Assembly: GCA_963707025.1 (NCBI GenBank)
Contig: CAVPOM010000016.1
Coordinates: 32,001 to 96,000 of the forward strand
Direction of reading: 5' to 3'
DNA from: an uncultured Verrucomicrobiae bacterium
Lineage (GTDB): Bacteria > Verrucomicrobiota > Verrucomicrobiia > Limisphaerales > Palsa-1400
Length of the DNA: 64,000 nucleotides
The notes below the pieces were generated by a model that saw only the letters and a list, made by a program, of their open reading frames with translations, was not told the origin of the DNA and made no database searches. The translations under genes and the position numbers were made by a program. This document shows, piece by piece, positions 31,308 through 41,590 of the stretch (its first letter is position 1; each line of letters begins with the position of its first letter).

Positions 31308-32758
31308 CACAGCCATCCCACAGGAAATTGGAAAAAAGTGTTGGCTTGACCATTTGAACCTGCCACAAGGCAGGCATGAAAAACAAAAAAATCAAACCAA
31401 CACGGTCCCGGTTTAACGTTTTGCGCCAGATTTGCAATCTCATTCCTGCGCATGAAGTCTCCAAAATAGCGCGGGAGACCGGGGCTCTGGATAAGTCGCG
31501 CACCTTCAGTCCGTGGAGTCACACGGTCAGTTTGCTGGACGCGCAACTCACCCATTGCATCGGACTCAACGATCTGTGCGACTCGCTGCAATTGCATTCC
31601 GGGCCGCTGTCCACTTTGCGCGGCGCCAGCGCCCCCAGCCGCAACGGCCTCTCCCACGCCAACCGGGAGCGTCCGGCCCAGATGGCCGAACAACTCTTCT
31701 GGCGGGTCCTGGAGCATTTGAAAGCACAGACGCCCGGCTTTGCCGCGGGCCAGCGCCGTGGCCCCGCCTTCCGTTTCAAGATGCCCATCCATGTGATTGA
31801 TAGCACGACCATGGAACTGGTGGCCAACTGCCTGGACTGGGCCAAGCACCGCCGGCGCAAGGCCGCCGCCAAAACCCATATGCGGTTGAATCTGCAGAAT
31901 CTTTTGCCCGGTTTTGTCATTGTGGACACTGCCGCCGAGCACGACAACCGACGGGCGCGGGAACTGTGCGCCGACTTGAAGAGCGGCGAAATCGCCTTGT
32001 TCGACAAGGGTTATGTGGACTTCGGCCACTTGCGGGATTTGGACGGGCGCGGGGTCTTTTGGGTGACGCGGGCCAAGGAGAACATGGGCTATGAGGTGGT
32101 GCGGAAAATGCCCGCCTCCAGAGACCCGAAGATTTTGCGCGACGAAGTGATCGTCCTGAGCAACGAGAACAAACCCGCGCCGGAGTTGATGCGCCGGGTG
32201 GTGGCGCTGGTCGAGATTGATGGAGAGGAACGGGAAATGACCTTCCTGACCAACAACCTGGAGTGGAGTCCGCGCAGCGTGGCCGACCTTTACCGCTGCC
32301 GCTGGCAGATCGAAGTCTTCTTCAAACAAATCAAGCAGACCTTGCAGTTGGCGGATTTTCTGGGCCACAACGCCAACGCCGTGCGCTGGCAGGTGTGGAC
32401 GGCGCTGTTGACCTACGTGCTGTTGCGCTACCTCAGTCACCTCTCCAACTGGGCGCACAGCTTCACCCGGCTGTTCACGATTTTGCGGGCGGCGCTCTGG
32501 GAGAAATATGATCTGCTCAATTTGCTGGCGTGCTATGGGACAGCAGGCGGCAGCTTTCGCCACTTGGCGCGGCCCGAGCAGGCGTATTTCCCCGGCTTCC
32601 AATAAAGCTATGGGACAGCACACGCGCCCAAACAGGCGCATACCAAACCCAAAAGCCAAACTCGGAAAAATCAAAATCTCATTTTACCCCGAAGACCAAT
32701 TAAACCCTTGCAAATGAACAGGTCAGCACCAGACTTTTCCCCTTATGAGACGGGTGTG
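31308..32758 (+). mobile_element. IS4-family element, copy 1 (1451 bp)
   Basis: Ends CACAGCCATCCCACAGG / CCTTATGAGACGGGTGTG; 9-bp TSD AAAATTTAC. Confidence 0.95.
31376..32605 (+). CDS. IS4-family transposase
   Basis: IDST, FDKGY, YRCRWQIEVFFKQIK (YREK motif). Confidence 0.95.
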   Translation: MKNKKIKPTRSRFNVLRQICNLIPAHEVSKIARETGALDKSRTFSPWSHTVSLLDAQLTHCIGLNDLCDSLQLHSGPLSTLRGASAPSRNGLSHANRERPAQMAEQLFWRVLEHLKAQTPGFAAGQRRGPAFRFKMPIHVIDSTTMELVANCLDWAKHRRRKAAAKTHMRLNLQNLLPGFVIVDTAAEHDNRRARELCADLKSGEIALFDKGYVDFGHLRDLDGRGVFWVTRAKENMGYEVVRKMPASRDPKILRDEVIVLSNENKPAPELMRRVVALVEIDGEEREMTFLTNNLEWSPRSVADLYRCRWQIEVFFKQIKQTLQLADFLGHNANAVRWQVWTALLTYVLLRYLSHLSNWAHSFTRLFTILRAALWEKYDLLNLLACYGTAGGSFRHLARPEQAYFPGFQ

Positions 32759-32987
32759 AAAATTTACTTTGAAGTAAATCGTTATCTAGTTGGTGGGGGA
32801 ACAGAATCGTATATTGGTTGAGGGGCGTATAATCGAGGCACTGCTTCCTGTCCTTCAGGAACTTGAACAGGGTTGGAAAGCGAGCTTTGAGCAGAAATTC
32901 AGTCGTGGAAACGATGAGGTATTTGTTCATAATTCATGCTGGGAATCAGACGCCAAAAAGCGGGGAGATGTCAAGCGTTGAGCGCCA

Positions 32988-33581
32988 TCATTCTTTTGGC
33001 GTGTTCTTGATCCGAAATGAATCGGTGACGGAGAGGACTTTTTTGATGTCGCTGTCCTTTGGGTTCTGAATTTCGAGCCATCCCACGCCTTCTTGGACAT
33101 ACAAGATCGAACGCCTGCGACTTTTCAGAAACTCCCGTAAAAGGCCGACGATCAAAGCGACGGTGGCTGATTGAAACATGGCAAGTTCGATCAAATCCGT
33201 AACATCCTTGGAGTTGGCCGCCTCAAACCCGCGCTCGCACACAATACCCATGCTGGACGCCAGTTGCATAATCTCAACAACATCGTCTTTGGAGGCGGAT
33301 ATGTGCGGCGAAAGCTCTGAGGCCAACAGAGCGGCCTCCGATGCGGCAGAGTGCCACTTCTTTACGAAGGCGACCTTGAGCACGTCCGGGTGGTCATTCA
33401 CGTATTCAAAAAACCACGCGAGCATCCCGTCCCACTTTTGCCAGTCACCTTTGGGAAAAAGATGCCAGCCGAGTTGCGCCAGCGTCCGATCTCCCTTCTC
33501 GAAATTGTGGAGCGCCGATGTTGTGAACCAATTGGACTCATCGTTCTTGCCTCCCGCCGCTTGGGCTTCGCCGTGGTCAAC
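32988..33581 (-). pseudogene. 5'-truncated cargo gene; C-terminus resembles an EACC1-type module
   Basis: Open frame abuts the IS3 end; ends in a hydrophobic helix + LREFLKSRRRS + beta hairpin + short helix. Confidence 0.55.
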
Positions 33582-35075
33582 TGAGGTGGACCCCATCCTT
33601 TAGACCACGGAGCGCATGAAATAAGCGCGACTTTTGCCGATTGCTGTCATTACTAATTGTAGTTGACTACTGTTCATTCCGTGTTTCAAAACCCTTTCGA
33701 AAAGAGAGAACGAGCGATGCGGAGCACTGCCCGTCCTCCCTCTCCGTTTTCTTAGGGTTCTCAACTCTACCGCCGCAGGCGGTCTGATTTCAAGCCTTTT
33801 CCTGCCGCCTGCCTCTCTGTCAAGTGCTGCGATCGCTCCTGCCTCTGGCAGGTTGCATCGCTTCCCATTTGGCCGGTTGGGCTCCATGCGTGCCGGGATC
33901 AAAATACGCGTCCGCCGGCGTCGCATAGCCCAACGCCTGGTGCGGTCGTTCCCGGTTGTAGCCGTCAAACCACCGGCCCAGTCCGCGCCCTGCCGCCAAC
34001 CCGTCGCCATAGTCTTGCAAATAAATGTCCTCATACTTGGCGCTCCGCCACAGCCGCTCGATAAACCGGTTGTCCATCCAGCGACCCCGTCCGTCCATGC
34101 TCACGTCCACCCCCGCCGATTCCACCGCATCGATAAACATCGGGGAGGTGAACTGCGATCCCTGGTCGGTATTGGAAATCAACGGCGCCTGACGCCCCGC
34201 CCGCAACGCCGCCTCCCAAGCGTCCACACAAAAGTCCGCCTCCAACGTGTTGCTCAAGCGCCATCCCAGCACGTAACGACTCCACCAATCCATCACCGCC
34301 ACCAAATACATAAACCCAGTTGCCATAGGCACATACGTAATGTCCGAACACCAAACCTGATCCGGTCCCGTCACTGCCAAATTGCGTAACAGATACGGAT
34401 AAATCTGGTGCCCCATCTCCCGCAGACTCGTCTTGGGCTTGGCGTAAATCGCCTCGATCCCCATCAACCGCAGCAGCCGCACCACCCGTTTGCGATTGAT
34501 GGTCAAACCCTCCCGGCGCAACAGCACGGTCAGTTTGCGGCTGCCATAAACCGGGTGGTCCAAATGCATCTGGTCCAACCGCCGCATCAGCGCCAGGTTC
34601 TCCTCTGTCTCCGGACAGCACTGGTAATAATAACTGCCACGGCACACCGCCAGCAGCTCGCACTGGCGCCGCACGCTGAGCTGCGGATCGGGAGCGATTA
34701 AACATGTTAAAGCCCCAGTTGCCTGGACTTTTTTTTAAGCCAGTCCAAGTCCACCGTCAGTTGGCCAATCTTCTCATGCAGTTGGGCAATCAACTGTTCC
34801 TGATCCTCCGTGCGGGGTTGCCCGGGCTCAAACAATTCGGGCATGTGATCCCGAATCGTCGCCCGCCACTGCGTGACCTGCGCCGGATGCACCGCATACT
34901 CTCGCGCCAATTGCGCGACCGTCTTCAGCCCCACCAGGGCTTCGAATCCCACTTTGGCCTTGAAGGCCGCACTGTGTCTTTTCCGTTTTGCTTTCATAAG
35001 TCTGCTCTTTCTTATCTACAGCAAACCGGCAAAAATCGAAACTTACCTGTGGTCTAAAAATAGGGGTCCAGCTCA
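33582..35075 (-). mobile_element. IS3-family element, copy 1 (no target duplication)
   Basis: TGAGGTGGACCCC...GGGGTCCAGCTCA ends; flanks AAC and CCG do not match. Confidence 0.95.
33820..34997 (-). CDS. IS3 transposase OrfA/OrfB, -1 frameshift at A8G (about 34728-34736)
   Basis: OrfA HTH ending WLKKKS; OrfB WCSDITY, NTDQGSQFTS, DN..IER.W...KYE; the -1 frame is open into LSVRRQCELL. Confidence 0.95.
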
Positions 35076-35323
35076 CCGATCACCGCTGGACAATTGAGGA
35101 ACTCGTTGAAAAAGCCACGTCAGCAACAATCCGTTAGTACACCACCCAAGTTGGGCAAATCGTCTGATAAAGGTTGACTTGCCAAAGTTGAACTTGCCAA
35201 GTTTTAATATGTCGGCGGCGCCGGGGAACCGTAACCAGTCCAGCTTTTATGCCGAAAAACGGCCATTCATTGAGTTCCCTGTCTCCGGGTTCGTTTTGCT
35301 TCTGGTCATAGTATGATTAAATT

Positions 35324-35890
35324 TCAGACCCGGAGCGAGGCACGGAAGCCCCTGCCACCGAAGTAAGACTCCGCGCCATTGTGATAGATGAAGACACGGC
35401 CAAAACGGCGATCACCAAAAATGGCGCCGCCTAGTTTTCTGACATCCGCAGGTGTTTTGAGCCAGCTTGACGATTTCGTATCGAAAGCCCCGAGTTTCTG
35501 CAACTCGTGGTATTGTTCTTCGGTCAAAAGCTCGGTGCCCATGGCTGTGGCCACACCCACGGCGCTGTTTTTCGGCTTATGTTCCTTCCTGGAATCCAGC
35601 GCCTCCCGGTCGTAACAAAAATTATTGCGGCCTTGGGGAGTTTCCGGTGAACAATCAAAAAAGATGCATTCGCCGGTTTTTGCATCGTGACCAACTACAT
35701 CCGGTTCGCCACCGGTTTTTTCCATTTCATTAAGCGACCACAGTTTGTCAGGATTAGCTTCCAGCCTGGCTTGCATCTTCGCCCAGGCCACACCTTTGTG
35801 GCGGTTCATGTTTTGCTCGAAACGGGCTTGCAGGGCGCGGAGGAGTTTCTCGCGTTGTTCCGGAGACATTTCCTTTTTGTTGTTATTCAT
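35324..35890 (-). CDS. DUF4256-family protein
   Basis: RFE.NM.RH, ME.TGGEPDVV, DCS.E.P.GR, CYDREAL, FDTK.SSW, YHNGAESY...RGFR. Confidence 0.85.
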   Translation of the reverse strand: MNNNKKEMSPEQREKLLRALQARFEQNMNRHKGVAWAKMQARLEANPDKLWSLNEMEKTGGEPDVVGHDAKTGECIFFDCSPETPQGRNNFCYDREALDSRKEHKPKNSAVGVATAMGTELLTEEQYHELQKLGAFDTKSSSWLKTPADVRKLGGAIFGDRRFGRVFIYHNGAESYFGGRGFRASLRV

Positions 35891-36029
35891 GGTGTTCGCA
35901 TATGGGATTCAAGTGCCTTGGGCTATTTTGCTCAAGCATTTCCATCAATCCGTCGGCGGGACGCCGACGGCCGCGGGCGAGAGGTTCGCTCCCCGTGCAG
36001 GGAATTCTGGATGGCTTCGCCATGAAGCG

Positions 36030-36494
36030 CTATTTTAGTTTGCCAGCCACCGCCTGTAAACGGTTATGTGCCATATTGATGCCCTGCGGCATCCCTATTT
36101 TCAGCACCTGATCGCGGTGGGCGACTGATTCATAGATGACGTGCATGTTGAGTCTGCTGGTGTCGTCGGTGAGTCGCTCAAAGTGCAGGAATTCAAGCTG
36201 GACGCCAAATGGGGTGTTTTCCATTTCAAAGGTGCGGGTGATTTTCTGGTTCGGGGTGAACTGATGGATGACCCCGTTGAACGCGTATTTGTTTCCTTTC
36301 GGATCGGTTGTTTCAAATTGGTAACTGCCGTGCTTCTTGCATTCGAGTTTGAGCACTTTGGTTCCCATCCATTGCTCCACCAGGCCGGGATCCTCGTGCG
36401 CCTTGAAAAGCAATTCCAAGGGCAGATCAAACTCCCTGGTGATGAGCACTTCTTGCTTGCCGTCTTGGGCATCGATTTTTGTTTTGTGTTCCAT
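36030..36494 (-). CDS. SRPBCC/AHSA1-domain protein
   Basis: ITREFDLP.ELLFKA...P.LV.QW, ITRTFEME. Confidence 0.85.
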   Translation of the reverse strand: MEHKTKIDAQDGKQEVLITREFDLPLELLFKAHEDPGLVEQWMGTKVLKLECKKHGSYQFETTDPKGNKYAFNGVIHQFTPNQKITRTFEMENTPFGVQLEFLHFERLTDDTSRLNMHVIYESVAHRDQVLKIGMPQGINMAHNRLQAVAGKLK

Positions 36495-36500
36495 ATCGTT

Positions 36501-36824
36501 TTATTTCTTGGTTTTGACTGCTTTCATTATTGTTTCCAGTTTATTGAACCGGTCGTCCCACACTTTGCGGAACGGTTCGATAAAGTCGGCGACTTTATTC
36601 ATTTGTTTGGCATTGATGTGATAGTAAATTTCCCGGCCGTTTTGCATTGGTGTGAGCAATTCGCACTCGGCCAGGATTTGGATGTGCTTGGAAACTGTCT
36701 GGCGTGAAGATTTGAAATTGTCGGCAATGGCGCCCGGCGTCAAGGCCTGCACCGCGAGCAGGGTGAGAATGGCCCTCCGGGTCGGGTCGGAGATGCCTTG
36801 AAAAACGTCTCTTCTGGATTGCAT
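36501..36824 (-). CDS. ArsR/SmtB-family transcriptional regulator
   Basis: [36 protein letters not shown]. Confidence 0.9.
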   Translation of the reverse strand: MQSRRDVFQGISDPTRRAILTLLAVQALTPGAIADNFKSSRQTVSKHIQILAECELLTPMQNGREIYYHINAKQMNKVADFIEPFRKVWDDRFNKLETIMKAVKTKK

Positions 36825-36826
36825 TA

Positions 36827-36870
36827 TGCAGTTATCTGACTGCGAATATATATGCAGTTATGTGACTGCG
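36827..36870. promoter_or_regulatory. Tandem palindromic operator for the ArsR regulator
   Basis: TGCAGTTATCTGACTGCG and TGCAGTTATGTGACTGCG directly upstream of the start codon. Confidence 0.75.
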
Positions 36871-37133
36871 CAAGTGTTTTTTTGAACTTTTTTAGGGGAA
36901 CGGGTTTCAGATGTAAAAAACCATAATCTAAGAGGAGGCGGCGTGGTTGATTGGCGAGCTTTACACAGTCGTCGTGGCGCTGCTGATAGCGCCCGGAAAA
37001 GGCTTGCAAAATCGCGGGGAAAGTAACAAAGTCAAGAAAGGCCTGCGTCGGTCGTGGGCTGCTAACCCAAAAGGCGAATCCCGATTGAGTTTATGGCTGA
37101 TCAGGATGTTTGGGCTACGCCAGAAGGACCGTT

Positions 37134-37407
37134 CAAAGGGGTCAAAGCGGTCAGACCATAGCTTTGTCCAATAAAATGCGTAATAGCCTGCAAATCATGG
37201 AGTTATGGATTGGTCTATACAGGGCCACTTTACCCTCTCACCATGACGCCCGTGCCATGCCAGCACCCTGAGAAACCACGCCCCAACGGCCTTCCGCCGC
37301 ACTTCCTGGCATTCAGCCTTTAGCCTTTAGCCTTTAGCCTTTCCTCCGCCGCCCCTCCCCTCCGTGTCCTCCGTGTGCTCCTGTTCAAAACCCTTGGTTC
37401 CTCCTGT
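37134..37407. repeat. Dispersed non-coding repeat, copy 2 of 3
   Basis: Aligns with 30458-30727; (AGCCTTT)x4. Confidence 0.9.
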
Positions 37408-38172
37408 CCGTGAAGGCGAAATGATGCGCGAGGTTCGCGGGCGCGCCAGACAAACCAGCAAATGGGACAGGGCCATTCCACTAATTGGACAACCGCAGCA
37501 GAGCAAGCTCAAAAATGAATTATGGATGCGTCAGCGATTGACGCTGGATCAAGCAGTCTCAAATTCGGCCTGTGCAGCGAGGATATCCGGCATTTTTGCC
37601 ATAGGGGTGAGCAAAAGCGAAGCCTCGCGATGCACTTGCGGAAATTCGGAATTGGCAAGCCTCTCCAGTCAAATCAATTGATTCTGTCTTCTCCGTCTCT
37701 CTGGCTCCCAAATGGCTAAAACGCCCCGCAGGGATGGCATGGCTGCTGCTCCTGAAAACCGAGCGGCGCAGAACTTCCGGGCGAAGCCCATGGCAAAGCG
37801 ATGGATTTGCGACGGAATGCTCCGGTTTATGAACACCATCTTGCATGGTTTAAGCGGACTGAAGGTCGCAACTGGGTTGCTTCCGGCAACACTGGCGGCG
37901 CTCTTTTTATTATATTGCCATCTCTTCTGGAAACGAATCTCCCCTGATTATTCCCAGTCCTCTCGATCCGCACGGACTAAAGGCGCTTTTGGCATGCCTG
38001 GCGACGCGATGGAACAGCCCATTCTTAGAGAATCGGCATGAAAGCGCCCGCATGGAAAATGGCCCTCCTGCACTCGAGCTGAAAGAACCAAGTCGAATTA
38101 GACCGTCCGCGGCGCAGCGCGGTTTGGCATGTTGCGGCCCCTGGTCTCAAAAACAGTGTTCGTCTCGCCTGC

Positions 38173-39078
38173 ATGGCGGCCCTCTGCCTTGTGAGTTCTT
38201 TTGCCGCTGCCCAGATCAATCAACCCATCACGCTTTCGGAAGACCCGAGTGACGCCGACTGGATGTCCTCCCGAGCCGGAGAGTGGAGGATGGGGATTTC
38301 ATCCGAGTACTCCTCGGTGGGGGCCGGCGCCGTCAATTTCAACGGCATCAAGGGCTATTCCGGCCTGCAAGAAGTTGACACCCGTTCCATATCCGAAGCT
38401 CCGCTGTACAAAGACTGGTTCGTTCCTTTCGGCCTTGTTTTGCGCAACCTTTCCCTCGGCCCCGTCCCTGGCGCGCCGATCCCCAGCGACATCAATACGC
38501 TCGGCGTCAAATCCGGCCTGGGCTATCACTTGAATGATGATTGGACGATTACCGGTTCCATCGGGTCGCGCTTTTACCGTCTGGATGCGGTGGATAGCAG
38601 CGGCATCGGCGTTGGGCGCTCCGTGCGGGCGACTTACCAGTGGGCACCCAATCTGACGCTCACCTTGGGCCTGGCCGTGGATCCGAACCGCGACCTGCCA
38701 ATTCTGCCGCTGGGCGGCTTGAGATGGGGCATTCGGAGCAACCTCACTTTGAATCTGACTTTTCCAAGATCAGGACTGGTTTACCGGCCCAGTGCCAATC
38801 TGAAGCTCATGGCGGGCTTTGACGGCGATTTCGCTGTCTTCCGCGCTCAGAACAATTTAGGGGACAACATTGGAATGCCGCAATACAACAACGGGTTGGG
38901 AACCTATCGCGAATTCCGCCTCGGTGCGGGCGCCGAATATCGGATTAAGGGCGGGTTTTCGGCCTCCATCAAAGGCGGCTATTCGTTCGACCGTCAACTC
39001 GACTACCAGCGAATTGGCCAGACTGTGAATTTCGGCTCCGCTCTTTTTATTCAGGCCGGGTTGAAATATCATTTTTGA
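38173..39078 (+). CDS. Outer-membrane beta-barrel protein (DUF6268-like)
   Basis: Signal-like N-terminus, alternating amphipathic strands, LPILPLGG, terminal GLKYHF; start uncertain. Confidence 0.7.
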   Translation: MAALCLVSSFAAAQINQPITLSEDPSDADWMSSRAGEWRMGISSEYSSVGAGAVNFNGIKGYSGLQEVDTRSISEAPLYKDWFVPFGLVLRNLSLGPVPGAPIPSDINTLGVKSGLGYHLNDDWTITGSIGSRFYRLDAVDSSGIGVGRSVRATYQWAPNLTLTLGLAVDPNRDLPILPLGGLRWGIRSNLTLNLTFPRSGLVYRPSANLKLMAGFDGDFAVFRAQNNLGDNIGMPQYNNGLGTYREFRLGAGAEYRIKGGFSASIKGGYSFDRQLDYQRIGQTVNFGSALFIQAGLKYHF

Positions 39079-39426
39079 CCAGGCCAGGGAGCCTTTTCTG
39101 TCTCAGGATTACAAACGACTTATTCTGGGGCCTTGTGATTGTGAAGGCGTCAAGCCCGGAAAGCTCCACTGAAGGAGGAAGGCCCGGCGACGGTGGATGC
39201 CCTCCGCTCCTTTCACTCTTCACCATTCTAAATTCACAATTCTTCACTCCGGGGCTTGACAAAAATTAGAACCTATGGTTGAATCCTCAGCGTGAGACAC
39301 GTAGGCAGAGTCCAACGCCGCTTCCGGGAGAAGGCGGCCAGCGCAGGCGCGGCGGGCGGGGAGAAATCGCCGGCGCGTTGTCAGGCGCGCCAACCCCGAA
39401 ATGGAGGGCGGCCCGTTCGAGTTGTT

Positions 39427-39480
39427 TTCACCTGGTTTCACCTAATTTCACCTAATTTCACCTGGTTTCAGCTAGTTTCA
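39427..39480. repeat. 10-bp tandem repeat TTTCACCT(GG/AA)
   Basis: About five consecutive degenerate units. Confidence 0.8.
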
Positions 39481-39692
39481 CTTCCCGGACATGGGGGGGC
39501 CAGGCAGCCAACCGCTTTTCTTCCCGGGACGAACACAATTCCCACAGGATTTTTTACCATCCCGATGGAATCGGGAGATCACACGGATCAGGACGACATC
39601 ACTCCACCACTCCAGCACTCCACCCCCCCCATCGCTCCCTTCCGTGGCGTCCCCATCGTGCCCAATCGTGCCTAATCAAGGTGTTTTTTAAT

Positions 39693-40196
39693 ATGGACCC
39701 ATGCAACCCAAGCCCGGATTTCGCCAGGAAGATTCTGTCCGCCGCTGACCTGCCCGCCTGGCGCGAAGAACTGCGCCGCCGCGGAGGGAAATTGGTCGCG
39801 ACCAACGGCTGTTTTGATCTGTTGCACCTTGGCCATGTCAGTTATTTGCAACAGGCCCGCCGCCTGGGCGATGCCCTCCTGGTCGGCCTGACCAGCGACG
39901 CCCAGGTCCGCCAGCTCAAAGGCCCCGGACGCCCCGTCAACCGCCAGGCCGACCGCGCCGCCGTGGTGGCGGCGCTGGAATCGGTGGACGCCGTCTTCGT
40001 CTTTCCCGAGCGGGACGCGCGCCATTTCCTGGAAGCCGTCCGGCCCGACATTTATGCCAAAGGCGGCGATTACACGCTGGACACCATCAACCAGGACGAG
40101 CGGCGCCTGCTGGAAAAGATGGGCGTCAAAATCGTCATTCTCCCCGCCGTCCCCGGCCAATCCACCAGTGCGACGCTGCGCCAGTTGAAAGTTTGA
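39693..40196 (+). CDS. Heptose-1-phosphate adenylyltransferase (RfaE/HldE domain II-like)
   Basis: TNGCFDLLHLGHV.YL, LKGPGRP, KGGDY, STS. Confidence 0.9.
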   Translation: MDPCNPSPDFARKILSAADLPAWREELRRRGGKLVATNGCFDLLHLGHVSYLQQARRLGDALLVGLTSDAQVRQLKGPGRPVNRQADRAAVVAALESVDAVFVFPERDARHFLEAVRPDIYAKGGDYTLDTINQDERRLLEKMGVKIVILPAVPGQSTSATLRQLKV

Positions 40197-40226
40197 CGTT
40201 TCTCGCCGCACGACTAAACTTACCCC

Positions 40227-40565
40227 ATGCCATCCGACATCTTCCAGGCCAGCCGTTGGACCAGCGGCAATCATTTGTTCCCCACGGTCGTCGAGGTCAC
40301 CGACAAATCGGTCATGCGCCGCAAGCGTGCCTGGTTCAATGTGGATGAAATGAGCATCACCATTTCCAAAGTCGCCTCCATCCACATCAAAACGGGAATT
40401 CTCTGGTCCAAAATTCTCATCGAATCCAGCGGGGGGAGCGATCCGATGGCCAGCCACGGCCACACCAAGGCCGACGCCCGCCGCATCAAGGATTTGATTG
40501 AAAGCTATCAACATCGCGGCCCCGCCGGGCCGGCCCCGGATTCTTCCCCTGCCTCGCAATCTTAA
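40227..40565 (+). CDS. Bacterial PH-domain-like small protein
   Basis: FQASRWT.GN.LFP, E.SI.ISKVAS..IKTG.LWS.I.IES.GG. Confidence 0.65.
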   Translation: MPSDIFQASRWTSGNHLFPTVVEVTDKSVMRRKRAWFNVDEMSITISKVASIHIKTGILWSKILIESSGGSDPMASHGHTKADARRIKDLIESYQHRGPAGPAPDSSPASQS

Positions 40566-40747
40566 TCCTAATCTTAATCATAATCCCATCTTCCACTTGG
40601 CCTTCCCCACTGGCGGAAAGAGATTAAGATGACGATTAAGATGAAGATGACGATCACGATTATGATGATGGAGCAGGACCCGCATCCCGGCGCGATTAGA
40701 TCATCCCCCGCATTGACTTGTCGGCGCGCCGAGTTCATATTATGGCA

Positions 40748-41509
40748 ATGAGCTTTGACATTTCACCGCTCCTGGACCAGTGGGATTATCAGCCCGGCCA
40801 GCTTGTGGTCAGGAAATTCTTCGGCAAGGACGGCTTGGAGAAAATACAGTTGCGCGTGGACCTGGGCCTGTTGCAAATGAACGCCCAGGGCCGCCCCGAC
40901 GGCAAGCATCCCTACGGGCGCGAATCCCTCCTGGAATTTTACCAGGCGCAAATGGAAAAATTTCAAAAGGAGCGGCGGGGCGATGAAAAGAGCTTCCGGC
41001 TTTCCCCGGAGGATTGCGGGCGGCTGCAGCAGGAGGCCCTCCAGTATCATCACCGTTACATCTGCCTGTTCCAATTGGAGGAATTCGACGCCGTGCTGCG
41101 CGACACGGAACGGAACCTCAAGGTCTTTGATTTTGTGCAGCAGCACGCCGGCACGGAGGAGAGCGCCTGGGCTTTGCAACAGTTTCGCCCCCAGCTTTTG
41201 ATGATGCGCATTCGCGCCCGCGGCGCCATCGCCCTCAAGCTCAATCACTACGATCAAGTCCTGCAACTGGTCGAGAGCGGCCTGGAGGAATTGCGCCAGT
41301 TTTACCGCGAACACGAGCGGACGGACTTGCTGGAGCAAAGCGGCGAGATTCAATCCCTCGAAGCCTGGTTGCAGGAAATCCAGGCCAAACGGCCCCTCTC
41401 CCCGCGCGAACGGCTGGAAAGCGCCCTCAGCGAAGCCGTCAAAAACGAGGATTACGAAAAAGCCGCCCAGGTGCGGGACGCCTTGCGCAATTTGCAGACG
41501 GAAAAATGA
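40748..41509 (+). CDS. UvrB/UvrC-motif-containing protein
   Basis: KIQLRVDLGLLQM..GRPDG; C-terminal AV..EDYEKAA..RD. Confidence 0.8.
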   Translation: MSFDISPLLDQWDYQPGQLVVRKFFGKDGLEKIQLRVDLGLLQMNAQGRPDGKHPYGRESLLEFYQAQMEKFQKERRGDEKSFRLSPEDCGRLQQEALQYHHRYICLFQLEEFDAVLRDTERNLKVFDFVQQHAGTEESAWALQQFRPQLLMMRIRARGAIALKLNHYDQVLQLVESGLEELRQFYREHERTDLLEQSGEIQSLEAWLQEIQAKRPLSPRERLESALSEAVKNEDYEKAAQVRDALRNLQTEK

Positions 41510-41590
41510 CGGTCAGGCCATCCGTCTGGCTGGCCAGGGCAGGCCCTCCCCCGCCCGCCAAGCAACGGAGCGGTTGCCGCCGGCACACCC

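Larger units (their letters stand above)
31159..32930 (-). pseudogene. ~100-aa cargo gene split by IS4
   Basis: Removing IS4 and one TSD joins MNKYLIVS...LLQSKFS to TLVGRGDGVYLFPL...ESDCE* in frame. Confidence 0.7.
31028..35146. mobile_element. Non-autonomous IS1-family cargo element A (transposase absent; contains IS4 and IS3)
   Basis: TIRs GGTCATGTACTAATAAATTGTTGCT and (reverse complement) GGTGGTGTACTAACGGATTGTTGCT; 8-bp TSD CAAGTTGG at 31020-31027 and 35147-35154. Confidence 0.85.

Noticed and set aside
36947..38100. Short ORFs around repeat copy 2
   Set aside because: No recognisable motifs or convincing start signals.
39245..39330. Possible tRNA
   Set aside because: No cloverleaf or T-loop; it looks more like a TTGACA promoter region.
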